Source of the DNA: Eledone cirrhosa
Lineage: Eukaryota
Length of the DNA: 64,000 nt
Reading direction: 5' to 3'
NCBI GenBank assembly: GCA_964016885.1
Contig: OZ024743.1
Span: 25,730,001-25,794,000 of the forward strand
A program made the position numbers and the translations under genes. How positions within the stretch are numbered: position 1 is the stretch's first letter; every line of letters begins with the position of its first letter. The notes under the pieces are model-generated. The model searched no databases, was not told the origin of the DNA, and saw nothing but the letters and a program-made list of their open reading frames with translations. This document shows positions 1 through 12,700 of this stretch, one piece after another.

Positions 1-1850
1 ACTGAACGAGTACGTGCAGGACGGTTTCGTCGCCCTGCACGCATCTCGGACAGGCTCGGCTGACAGTACCTCCGTGCCTGTAGAGCTTATCTCGAACAGG
101 CAACGCTCCCCAGTAGCACTGCCAGGCCAGAGATTTCTGGAAGTTGCCCATAGGCCCCGGTCTGAAAAATTTCTTGAAGAGAGCGAACAGCTGATCGTCT
201 TCGACGCCCAGGGTCTCCCAGAGAACGTCGTCGCTCTTTCCCTCTACTAGCCCACTATAGAACGCCGAGGTGGCTGTTCCACCGATACTAGTGCCCAGCT
301 AGTAGAGGGCGGTGAGCGCTTGGAGACATTCCAGCTTCCAAGCGCTATCCTTGGACTTTTCCTGATCCAGGACTGCAGCTCCGTCAAGGAGACGAGCTGG
401 GTAAAGCGCGTCTGGCAAACGGCGACCACACATGTTCACCGTCAAGGAAGCACCAGAGATGTCGCAGCCTCAGCGCATGTTTGCGCATCATCAGCCACGG
501 CATGCCTAGTCCTCCACGCAACGGGTGTTGACAGAAAATGGATCGTCTGACCATGGGAGCACGTCACTTCCACAAAAAGCGGAAGAGAAGGCGTTCCATT
601 TTGGTCAGAGTTGGGCGGGGGCAAGGTACGGCGGTCAGGCGGTAGCAGATGACGGACGCTATGTACGCATTCGCCACCTCTGCTCGACCTTTCAAAGACA
701 GCCTCCTCTCGACCCATTTCTGGGTGAGAGATGCCACCCTACTCGTCACCTCGCTCCAGTTTTTCTCCATCTGGAGGTCCGGACCGAACCAGACCCCGAG
801 CAATTTAACCGGTCCTTCCGTCCAGCGCCCCACGACGCTGTCGGACGGTATAGACTTGCCTCTCCAGGTGCCGAGTTGCAAGCTCACCAACTTTTCCTGG
901 TTTATCTTTGCTCCTGTCACTGCATCGTATTCCTTGAGAGCGGTGTTGAGCATCTGGACGTGTTTTCTGCTCGATACCTACCACCACGGTGACGTCGTCG
1001 GCGTAAGCTGACACGGATCTACCACATCCCTGTTCACATGGGACAAGACTATCTCCTCACTCTTTAGGGTTTCCAAAGAGTGAGACTTCCCCTCTTGGGG
1101 GGGGGGCGAAAAGTACGTCTACTGTGACGTACTTTTTGCTTCGGGTGATGTGGGTTTTGCGCGCCCAGACGCACCCCAAGGCCTTTTGGATTTGAGCCTC
1201 CGTGGCTCTCTCCACCCGATGTGACATTTTGCTTACGGTGCGGTAAGTCACTGTGCGCAGTTGCTGGTCTTTGAAGAAATCGGCTGGAGGTTTCAGGGAA
1301 ATTCTATTATCATTTCTTGTCACCATGGCTCTTGCGACTGCCATCTCCTCCTCCGTGACTAGCAACACCACCACCCTCTCCGAACATTCGGACAAAGTAC
1401 AGGCGAAAGACCGCACACATCTGCCTAAAATCGTTCAGCACACGTTCGTCTCGATCTGTCAAATACTGAATCGTGGTTTTGTTACCACGATACGCTTCCA
1501 CCATATGGGCCATTCGAATAGCTTTCGTGATCTCGTTTCTTAGAGCGCGCGCCTTAGCTCTGATAATGCAACTTTCGTGTTTCAATTTGAAGAAATGTTC
1601 TAATACCATTCTCGCCGCTAGCACCTCAGTTGCAATGCCACTACAAATAGCCTTGTCTAATTTAGCTACCAGCCCCCTCCTTTCTATTTTTTTCTAGCGC
1701 ACCTTCTTTACTAAATCTATTCTAATCTCTATATTGAGAGCCCACCACCACCACCTGTTGTTGACGAACTTCCCTGTCAATTTACACGTAACTAAAGTGG
1801 TGACCCGGTCCCTTTAAGCATTTCCAGTAACCAGGTCCAAATCTACCCGT
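1..1850 (-). pseudogene. Decayed, rearranged Tx1/L1-clade LINE (ORF2 remnants with an embedded ORF1 fragment)
   Basis: Minus-strand ORF pieces (SAYADDVTV; LQLGTWRGKSIPSDSVVGRWTEGPVKLLGVWFGPDLQ; QLVSLTELQSW) closely match ORF2 of the intact element at 9758-13219 but are broken by frameshifts. Confidence 0.9.
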
Positions 1851-1944
1851 CCTAAGCTAAGTGCTTACACAAAGCATAACATAAAGGACAGCACATGATG
1901 TTACAACAAAACATAAAACAATTTGGGGAGAAGGGAAAATCGAT

Positions 1945-2100
1945 TAAATCGATCCAGTGCATTACTGGTACTTAATTTTAACGACCCCGTAAGGATGAAA
2001 GGCAAAGCTAACTTCGGCGGAATTTGAACTCAGAACGTAAAAGGCTGTAACTCTAGGCTGCGAAGCATGTTGTCCGACGCTCTCCCGATTCTGCGAATCC
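1945..2100 (-). mobile_element. tRNA-derived SINE, family B
   Basis: Reverse complement has B box gagttcaaattcc followed by tttgcctttcatccttacggggtcg...aagtaccag. The same sequence recurs at 19144, 23183 and 25669. Confidence 0.8.
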
Positions 2101-2146
2101 AATAATATTAACACAACTACTATTATAACTACGACTGAAGAGAAGA

Positions 2147-2473
2147 CCCCCCTCGATCACAAATGACCATGGGATTTGCACCTAGAAAGTTTCCCTCCGA
2201 GACACAAGTCCGGGCAAAGTTATTTGTGGAAGATCAGCAGTCACTAATGCATACCAGCCTCCCCTCTCCACGCCACCGATGATGTCCAGGAAAGGCTTTG
2301 ACCGATACAGCTTGGCACTAGTGACGTCGCAACTCATTTCTACAGCTGAGTGAACTGGAGCAACGTGAAATAAAGTGTCTTGCTCAAGGACACAATGCAT
2401 CACCCGGTCTGAGAATCGAACTCACAACCTTTCGATTGGAAGCCCAATGCGCTAACCACTAAGCCATGCGCCT
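2147..2473 (-). mobile_element. tRNA-derived SINE, family A (CORE-like)
   Basis: Reverse complement has A box tggcttagtgg, B box gagttcgattc and core tgtgtccttgagcaagacactt. A full-length homologue lies at 47587-47917. Confidence 0.85.
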
Positions 2474-3147
2474 ACTTATATAACTTTTATCAGCTCCGCT
2501 TCCTTAGATGACCACTAAAAACTACTCTGCCAATACCCTACCCTAATAATAATAATAGTTCATTTTTACAAGACATAATTTTTCCAATGATGGTATATAG
2601 AGGAACGAATCTTCGTAGATGGATAGATAATAGTTTCTAGGGGTTATTCTGAGTTGATAAGTCAAAACAAATTTGTTTCAGATGTCAGCTGTATTAGAAG
2701 GCTCAATAGCAGAATTTGAACCGCTTCTCCGTACAGAAGTGACCTCCAGGAAAGATAACAGACTGTAAAAAGTAAAAGTAGAAAACATATCACTCTTTGA
2801 GATATTTATAATGTTTCAAAATGTCATCTTTAGTAAATTATGTCTGCACAATAAGTACGTATAGCTGACATCACAAGACGTTATATTATCAGCAGCAACA
2901 CCAACTCTTCAACAGAAAGGAAGCTGATCAAACGATATGAAGTACAAAAGGGAGGAATTATTTTAAAATAAAATAGAGTGTCTTACGCACTTGTGAGCAT
3001 GGGAACATACACCCTAAATTACATATACATGCGTATACATATACATACATACATGTATGCATGCATGCATACATACATACATACATACATACATACATAC
3101 ATACATACATACATACATACATACATACATAAAGAATAATCTCTCTA

Positions 3148-3280
<133 letters not shown>

Positions 3281-3289
3281 TCTTTATAT

Positions 3290-3560
3290 TCGCCCACATA
3301 TTCCTGAGAGGGTCATGCAGGCAGAGTCCTCAAACACTCCTTCCAGTGAGATCTGTCAGAAGTAACCCTCTCCAACTTATCCGGCTGGATACCCAAACGA
3401 GACCAACCAAGCTCATGGATTTGGAGTCTAATCCTGGGTCACCTGCCGGTTGCTTTTGCCCGTAAAATCTCTCCAACGATTCTTTCCACATGCCCATAGT
3501 ATTGGATATGTGATCTCTCAATTCGTGGCAGTAGCGGCTCTACCTGGAATGACTCTCTGT
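3290..3560 (-). mobile_element. RTE-like LINE 3' fragment
   Basis: One minus frame reads [26 protein letters not shown], resembling the RTE C-terminal A.DR..W motif. It ends against (TA)n. Confidence 0.55.
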
Positions 3561-4071
3561 GAAATATTTCAATGAATTTCTCCGGACAATCATACCTGTT
3601 AACCAGAATCAATAAGCCTTCTTTTCACACGTTGTACAATGCGTTTGTAACTTTAATGAATGTAGCAAAAAATGTCTGAATAGCGTTTTTTTCTGGATTT
3701 GTCTGAAGGTAAAAATTATGTCATTGATGTTCCTAGACATACGGACACCCCATTGGTTTTCAAGAAGAATGGGCTCGGATATTTTGTAATCACTTGATCA
3801 GCGTTTTTGGTAGAATTTTTCCTGCGATTAAGAATGGAAATTTCTCAGTAATTTTCACAGTCCTGCGAATCAGTCTTCAGCTTTTAAATGGTGACTATCT
3901 TATGGTTTTTGAAATGTTGCAGTAGGTTACCACACATTGCCAACATTTCATGAAACCCCTTTTATTTGAGTATTACCACTTTTCTGGGGACCGTATTCCA
4001 CATAAACTTCATATACCATGCAAATATACATCAACACACAAACGTATTCACTAACGCCACTTCTTGTGACG

Positions 4072-4625
4072 CTAAATTCCGCCAGCTGCAGACTGCGCAT
4101 TAACATATGATATCTCTCTCCACAAAGTTCGATCACCAGCAGCAGAGTTTAAAGAGCAAAGATCAAGTCCAGTCCATGAATTGACATTGTTAAGCCATCG
4201 TTTTTGCTGCCAGTCTCTGCTTCTCTTACCAGCCAACCTTCCTTCCAGGCATAACCTACTCACGCCACAAGTTGATCTTTTTATATGGCCGTATAGTTTG
4301 AGTACTCTTGACTTGACAGTTGATGTAATTGGTCTAAGTTTGGTAATGTTGAGCAGCTCACTGATACAGATACGGTCGCTGGATGTGGTGCTGGAATGTT
4401 GAGAGCTTCTGAAGTGACCTTGTCGTTCAATTAACACAGTCAAGACCATATAACACAACTGATAGGATATAAGTATCAAAGATCTTAGCCTTCAAATGAT
4501 AGGAAACTCGTTTGTTAGTACTTCCTTGTTCTCGTTGAAAGCTGCCCAACCTAGAGCGATTCGATATTGCGCAGCAACCATGCCATTGTTGTTTGATGAT
4601 AGTTTGTGACCGAGATATACAAACT
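4072..4625 (-). mobile_element. RTE-clade LINE 3' fragment
   Basis: KAKIFDTYILSVVLYG; LKLYGHIKRS...LEGRLAGKRSR..KRWLNNV...AAGDRTLWR. Confidence 0.8.
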
Positions 4626-5366
4626 CCGTAACGCCACACATTCTCATAAATACTCACATTTCTACAAACAAAACCCTACTCTCAATCGGAGAGACCTCCT
4701 TGAACATCTTTGCACACCCGCAGATCACTTCCTCACGCCCCTTTCCTTTCTTCCTACTCTCCTCCCTTTTCTCTCCCTATGCCAATTTACATTACTATCA
4801 CCAGTACCACCTACTCTCGACGAGAGACTACTCCCTTATACATTTCTACCACTTTTTCCACACCCCCCATTGCCTCTCTTCTTCATTCTTCCCTCTTTCC
4901 TACTCACTTTTTTCTATCCAGAAGTTTACGTTACTATCACATTTTCCACTATCTCCCCTTTGTTTTTACAGTCACCTTGTTTGTTTGTCCACTTCCTATC
5001 CTAACAGTCAAACTTATATTCTACAGGATGTAGACTTTAAACTACCTCTTCTCTCCAATATGGTATCGTTCCAACACTATTTATTATTTCTCATTATTTT
5101 AATTTCTTCATTTACTTTGATAAAGGGTTTAATCCGAAACATCAGCTCAGTTCCCTTTTTATTCGGCGTAAATATTTCTACTATACAGTTATTGTTCATT
5201 TTTTGTGCGTATATATTATCGTGTCTTCGTTTTCCTCTTTCGTTTTTTTAATGTTTTATACTTTTAAGTTTTAACTGTTTGATATATATACATACATATA
5301 TACATACATATATACATACATATATACGTGTAAAATTTGGCTTCGTTTATTATAAATTATAGATAT

Positions 5367-5421
5367 ACTGCTATATATATTTCAGTGACAGCCATCATTG
5401 GTTGTGACCTCTTCAGGCAGT
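5367..5421 (-). ncRNA. Minimal type I hammerhead ribozyme
   Basis: Minus strand: ACUGC CUGAAGA GGUCACAACCA-auga-UGGCUGUCACU GAAA U-AUAU-A UA GCAGU. Stem I ACUGC/GCAGU, palindromic loop III, AUA cleavage triplet. Confidence 0.88.
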
Positions 5422-6016
5422 CCGAATTGGTGTGGGAAAGGCAGGTACACATGTTGTTGAAGTGTGTTTTACTCTGTCAATACATCGATATGTCCAGCTC
5501 CTGGTTGTGTTGTTATTTCTCTGAGGAATTGGAATCATATGAATTAGAAGAAACGAATTTCGGCATCCTAGGACACTCACGCATCCCATTGGTCAGTTGT
5601 GAGAACACTCCTCAGTCAAAAGTCTATAGACATTTTTTTTAGGCAAGACAATCTGTTGTAGTTGTTTTTATTTAAGTACAGCTGACCTCCTCCATTGTGT
5701 TGATAGTGGTAGTGGTGTTAAGGGGTCAGCTGGCAGGTCAGCTTTAGTGTGCTGTTGCTATGTTCAGAAGAATTTGTGTGTGTAGGTTGGCATCTATCCT
5801 GCCCCCATTTCACGTGGTGGCGGGTGCCAAACAAATATCAAAATTTGAAAAATTTGAAAAATTTGAAAAATATTAACTGAAGTAGAAAACCTGTGTCAGA
5901 ATCGAGAAGTGTAAAGAATTACAATTCTTACTATAATCGAGTGGGGCGTTTTAAGAGCGACCTACATAAATACACACATATATACGCACATAGACATAAA
6001 TGCATATACCTCCACC

Positions 6017-6061
<45 letters not shown>

Positions 6062-6066
<5 letters not shown>

Positions 6067-6850
6067 GTGAGGTTTTTTTACAAAATGAAAAATAACCGTG
6101 TGAAAGTATAAAGAAAAGAAGATGAAATCGAAAATGCAACTAGAGTCTTATTTTAAAAAAAATATATATATTTATTTGGTTCCTTTACCGGTTTCGCAGT
6201 TCTTCTGCTTTTCAAAAGTAGAGTTGAGATGAAGGGTCTGTGGTTTTTCTCACATCTGGTTGGTTTTTGAATGTTACTTGTTTTATATGGAAAAAAGTGG
6301 CTCGAAACGCCGGGTTTCTAGAAGTAATTTGATTGGTTGGTCAATAAGTATAATAAATTTCGCGCCAGTTCGCGTTACAAAGTTCTTCAAACAAGAGGCG
6401 GGGGACTCAGGTTGTTTTTTCATATATAAGTGTTTGAATTTCTTTTTACTTAAAAAAAGGGGCTCACGAAGGCTTTTTTTAATAAATGTAATTTGATTGG
6501 TTATAAATGAAATTATTGCCGTCACGTAAACAAGTTCATTAAATTTTCGCGCCCTATTTCGGAATTTATTTTGTAGCCTTTTAGAGAATTTTATGACAAA
6601 TAAAAGATAATGGTCAAGAGAAATGGGATGGGAGAATTGTTCTGGTTCAGTGAATATAGCAGGTTGTTTTTTCATATATGAGTGAAGTTTGGTTGGTCGA
6701 TGTAGTCACCTGAATAAGTATATCAGCTTTCGGGTAAGTTTATTTGAATTTCTTTTTACTTTTAAAAAAAGTGGCTCACGTAGGCTTTTTTTTAATAAAT
6801 ATAATTTGATTGGTTATAAATGAAATTATGACTGTCACGTGAACAAGTTA
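6062..6850 (-). mobile_element. Dispersed TA-flanked repeat with a degenerate hammerhead and repeated CCAAT/E2F-like motifs
   Basis: Homologous in reverse orientation to 23390-24450. Variant hammerhead at 6181-6219 (UUGAAAA GCAG-aagaa-CUGC GAAA CCGG UA). Confidence 0.7.
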
Positions 6851-7146
6851 TATTATTATATATATTATACATATATATATATGTATATATATGTATATAT
6901 ATATAAAATTTTTAAGTTTATATACATATAAACTAGACAGAGCTATATATATATATGTGTTTTTGGCAACCATTCACGGTGTGGCTCAATGACGAATTAA
7001 TTAAATAATTAACAATCAGAGCAGTATATAAAAAAGTAAGTGCATAGAATCATTAGATAAAATATATATACAGTATTTCTTCTCCCAATCAGCATAATCA
7101 ACCACACATAAAAATCATTTAAACGAGGCTATAAGTTTAAAATATA

Positions 7147-7193
<47 letters not shown>

Positions 7194-7499
7194 AATTAAA
7201 AAGAACAGAAAGATGCAGTAAAAGAGATTTATTCGGTTCTTACGTACGTTTCAATAGACATCAATTTGCTTAGATCTCGCTACATCTATAATATTATATA
7301 TTTAGTAGAGCATTCGATATCCAATGCACAATCGATCCCATATCATCATAATCTCTGTTCTTTTTAATTCTTTATACACGCCCCGGAATATAGGTAAACT
7401 GGAATATACACCTTTTTTCTGCATTTCGTTGAGCACCACTCTGTTGTAAGCTGACATTCCACTACACGGTACAAAACATTAATGCACTCGTGCATAACC

Positions 7500-7606
<107 letters not shown>

Positions 7607-7821
7607 TATATCGGGTTGAGGTATATGCATTTATGTCTATGTGTGTATATATGTGTGTATTTATGTAGGTCGCTATATATGTGGCTAAATAATATCTACG
7701 TATATTTGTTTGTCGCCGTGGATTACTGTAAAAAGAGTCTTGGCAGAATATTCGGCCTCCTATGTTCTACATTTTGTTAGTATGTGTGTGAATGGTAGTG
7801 AATGTTAATGTGCATGTATAC

Positions 7822-7878
<57 letters not shown>

Positions 7879-8281
7879 TCTGTGTGTGTGTGTATGCGCG
7901 TGCGAATTCGTCTATGTGTATGTGTGTGTATATGCAATTACTATTTCAAGATAAGATTTAATTCAAGACAACAACTGCAAGGATAAATTGAATTCCCAAG
8001 ATATTTACTCACTTTCGATAAACACACGTGCGTATACGCACACACAAACACACACACACAAACACACACACACACACATACATGCACACACATACACACT
8101 CACACGCATGCGCACACAGTTACACTTGTGTGTATACATATATATATTTATACATGTGTGTGTATGAGAACATATATAGAGAGAGTATAGGGTGAGGAGA
8201 GAGGCGTATATTATTGATGGACAATAATACAGGTGTATGTATGGGTGGGTGTTTAAAATAGTTGGTGGTATTGATAAATAG

Positions 8282-8314
<33 letters not shown>

Positions 8315-8315
8315 T

Positions 8316-8439
<124 letters not shown>

Positions 8440-8479
8440 GATATAGATTGAAAAATAGCTACATAAATAGATAAATAGG

Positions 8480-8528
<49 letters not shown>

Positions 8529-8529
<1 letters not shown>

Positions 8530-9430
8530 TGTTTCTTTTATTTGCCACAAGGGCATCAAAAGTCGGACAAGTACAATGGGGGGAGTTTACAGAACAAGGC
8601 GTCCTCAATAGGGAGGAGGCAATAACAATATATAAAAATAAAATAAAATATAACAAAAAATAGAATTATAACAAAATCCTCAATAGAGGATTTTGTTATA
8701 AAATATAACAAAAAATAAAATTCATAACAAAATCCTCAATAGAGAGGAGGCGCCTTGGGGGGTCGCACACACCCCCGAAAAAAGTGTGCAACCCTTTTCC
8801 TCAGGAGCACAGAGAGGGGGTGCTCCCTCGTTCCTTCCTCTTTTCCACCTACAGGCTCATGTAAAGAGAAGGCCCATTCACACGGGCCATTCTCGCCACT
8901 TTCACCCACCTTTCATAAAAACGACTGGGGTGCAGCACCTCTCTCTCCATCCTGATCCTTCTTCCGAAATGATATCGGAAGAAACGGACCAGTTGTTGGC
9001 CAGAGAGAAAGGTGCCTGACCTCAGTCCTTTCAGACGCGTCCACCATACAACCTCTTTCGCCATGGCTATTACGCACAGAAACACCGCCTCTGCTTCATC
9101 TTTGAAGGGGGGAGGCGGCTTGATCATTACAATAGACTCGGTGGTCAACCGGATCGGTCCCACCCTTGACAGCAGTTGTTCGACATAGCCCCACAGATCG
9201 GCTACGCCCGAGCAGTGTACCAATGCGTGTGCAACGGTTTCCTCGTCGCACACGCATCTGGGACAGATCTTTTTGGCGGGGTCCCTACCCGGGCGCCCGT
9301 GTCTGTAGAGCCTTTCTCCAACGGGTAAAGCTCCTCGGTAGCACTGCCAGGCCAGGGACTTCTGGAAGTTGTCCATAGGTCCCGGGCTGAATGTCCTACC
9401 GAACAGGCTGGCCAGTTCGTCCTCCTCCAT
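8529..9430 (-). mobile_element. 5'-truncated copy of the Tx1-like LINE, flanked by (GATA)n on both sides
   Basis: ORF 8849-9430 is nearly identical to the last ~193 aa of ORF2, with a closely similar 3' UTR. GATA tracts at 8466-8528 and 9431-9492. Confidence 0.95.
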
Positions 9431-9493
<63 letters not shown>

Positions 9494-9757
9494 TATTTCT
9501 TTTATTTGCCACTAGGGCATCAAAAGTAGGACAAGTACAAAGGGGGGAGTTTACACAAAAAGGCGTCCTCAATAAGGAGAAGGCAATAACAAAATATAAA
9601 AATAAAATAAGATATAACAAAAAATAAAATTTTTAACAAAATCCTCAATAGAGAGGAGACGCCTTGGGGGGTCGCACACACCCCCGAAAAAAGTGTGCAA
9701 CCCTTCTCCTCAGGAGCACAGAGAAGGGGTGCTCCCTTGGTCTTTCATCTTCCTCAC

Positions 9758-12700
9758 CTATAGTCTGATGTAGAGTGAAGGCCCATTCACACGGGCCATT
9801 CTCGCCACTTTCACCCATCTTTCATAGAAACGGCTGGGGTGCAGCACCTCTCTCTCCATCCTGATCCTTCTTCCGAAATGATATCGGAAGAAACGGACCA
9901 GTTGTTGGCCAGAGAGAAAGGTGCCCGACCTCAGTCCTTTCAGACGCGTCCACCATACAACCTCTTTCGCCATGGCTATTACGCACAGAAACACCGCCTC
10001 TGCTTCATCTTTGAAGGGGGTAGGCGGCTTGATCATTACAATAGACTCGGTGGTCAACCGGATCGGTCCCACCCTTGACAGCAGTTGTTCGACATAGCCC
10101 CACAGATCGGCTACGCCCGAGCAGTGTACTAATGCGTGTGCAACGGTTTCCTCGTCGCACACGCATCTGGGACAGATCTTTTTGGCGGGGTCCCTACCCG
10201 GGCGCCCGTGTCTGTAGAGCCTTTCTCGAACGGGTAAAGCCCCTCGGTAGCACTGCCAGGCCAGGGACTTCTGGAAGTTGTCCATAGGTCCCGGGCTGAA
10301 TGTCCTACCGAACAGGCTGGCCAGTTCGTCCTCCTCCATGTCTAGGGCTTCTCCGAGGGCGTCGTCGCACCTGCTGCGTACCAGCCCTCTATAGAATGTT
10401 GCGGTGGAGTCTCCACTGATAACCGGATCCGCCTGCCAGAGGGCGGTGAGCGCCTGGGCACACTCAGTGTGCCAGGCGCCCAGTTTTCTCGGTCTTTGCT
10501 TGACCCAGGATTGCAGCTCGGTGAGTGAGACGAGTCTGGGAAAGGTTCGTCTCACAAACGAGGCCCACACCGGTTGTCCGGTGAGGAATACGTAGAGGTG
10601 CCGTAGCCTTAATGCGTGTTTACGCATCATTAGCCACGGCATCCCCAGCCCTCCTTTCGAAGGGTGTTGACAGCAGATGGATCTCCTCACCATAGGAGCC
10701 CGCCTCTTCCAAAGGAATTGGAAGAGCGCGCGCTCCATCTTGGTGAGGGTTTCCCTTGGGCAGGGCACTACGGTCAGGCGGTAGTAGATGACGGACGCTA
10801 TGTAGGTGTTCGCCACCTCCGCCCGACCTTTCAGGGATAGTTTGCAACTGGCCCACTTCTGGGTCAGTGCAAACACCCTGTTCGTAACCTCCGCCCAGTT
10901 TTTCTCCACCTGGAGGTCCGGTCCGAACCAGACCCCGAGCAACTTCACCGGGCCCTCCGTCCAGCGTCCGACGACGCTATCGGAGGGCATCGGTCTGCCC
11001 CTCCACGTGCCGAGTTGCAAACCGATCGACTTGTCCCGGTTCAGCTTAGCCCCTGTGAACTTTTCGTACTCCACCAGTAAGGTGCCGACCGCCTCGATTT
11101 CGGAGGCCGTCGACACCATTACTGTCACGTCATCGGCGTAGGCCGACACCGCTTTCCGCAATCCCGGTTCCAAGGGGATGCCCTGCAACAACTCCAACTT
11201 CCGCAGTAGTGGCTCGAGAGTCAACACATACAGAAGGGAGGAGAGAGGGCACCCTTGTCGGATGGACCGCGCGATTTTGAACGGCTCCGAGAGGTAGCCG
11301 TTCACCTTGACCCTAGAGCAGATGCGGCTGCTGTGCATAGCAGTGATCCAGCCCCTGAAAACGGGTCCGAAGCCTGCCGCCGCTAGCACCGCATCCAGGT
11401 AACCATGGTCGACCCTATCGAACGCCTTAGATTGATCCAAGTTGATCAGAGCCCCACCAAAGCCGGGTTCGTTCCCAACCCTCTCTATGATGTATCGCAT
11501 GAGGTGGAGGTTGTCATGGATGGACCTGGACGGGATAGCGCATGTCTGCGCATCTCCCACCAGGTTGCCTACGACAAGCGCCAACCTCTTTGCTAGCACC
11601 TTGGCCAAAATCTGTAACTCTGTATTTAGCAGTGTTATGGGCCTGAAGTTACTTATTTCGTCCCCCTTGTTCTCGTCCTTCCTCACTAGCGTGACTACGC
11701 CCTTGGTCACAGTACAGGGAATTCTCCCGTTCTGTTGCCAGTTGCAGTAGACCGCCTCGAGGAGATCGGGGAACAAGTCCGGCATAGCTAGATATAATTC
11801 GTAAGGAAGACCATCGAGACCCGGGGATTTGCGTTTGCCGCATTGGCTCAGCACGTCCTCTATCTCAGCGGCCGAAATTGGCTCCTCGCAGGACTTCGCC
11901 TCCCTGTCCGAGAGGCGCGGCAGGCCGTCGAGGTATGGACCGAAGTCCACGTTCCCAACCGGCTCCCCGCCCCTCCCGAACAGTCGGGCAAAGTGCCTTT
12001 GAAAGGCCTCACACATCTGCTTAGGCTCAAGAATCGCCCGTCCATCCAGGTCTCGCAAAGACCGGATGGTGGATTTAGTTCCACTGTTGGCCTCTGTCAC
12101 GCGGGCCCAGCTAACAGCTTTGGTCCCCTCGTTCCCTAGAGCACGTATTTTACTTCGGACAACGCAGCCTTCGTGCTTCGCGTCGAAAAACTGGCTCAAA
12201 GCCGTTCTCGACGCTAGCACTCTGGCCACGTCGCCGCTTCTAATTGCCTCTTCTACTCTATCTATTAGCTCCCTTTCCTTCCTATTCCTATCCGCAGCTA
12301 GAACCTTACTAAATTCTATCGAGACTACTCTAATCTCTCTCTTTAGAGATACCCACCACCTGCTGTTGACGATCGCTCCAGTCAACCGTTCCTTAACTAA
12401 CGTACTAATCCGATTCCTGTAGGCTCTACTTGCCGGCAAGGACAAGTTGAGCTTCCAGTAACCGGGGCCCTGTCTATGAGTTCTGTCGAGGTTGACCATG
12501 CAGGTCACTAATTTGTGGTCTGAATAGCCAACAATGCGCATTTTTGGACAACTTAAAAAGTCCTTATCCTTAATTCTAACTAAGAACCTATCTAGGTACG
12601 ACCTAGATGATCCGCTACGATTTGCCCAAGTCCAGGTTGGCGCAGTCGGAAAATCTAGTCGATATCTATCGGCCAGGTCAAATCGACCGATTAACCCTTT

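Noticed and set aside
2380-2473. tRNA genes at SINE heads (also 29560, 47587, 23183)
   Set aside because: No complete cloverleaf, and each runs into a repeated SINE body.
3560-4060. Possible DNA transposon end
   Set aside because: No partner TIR, TSD or transposase motif found.
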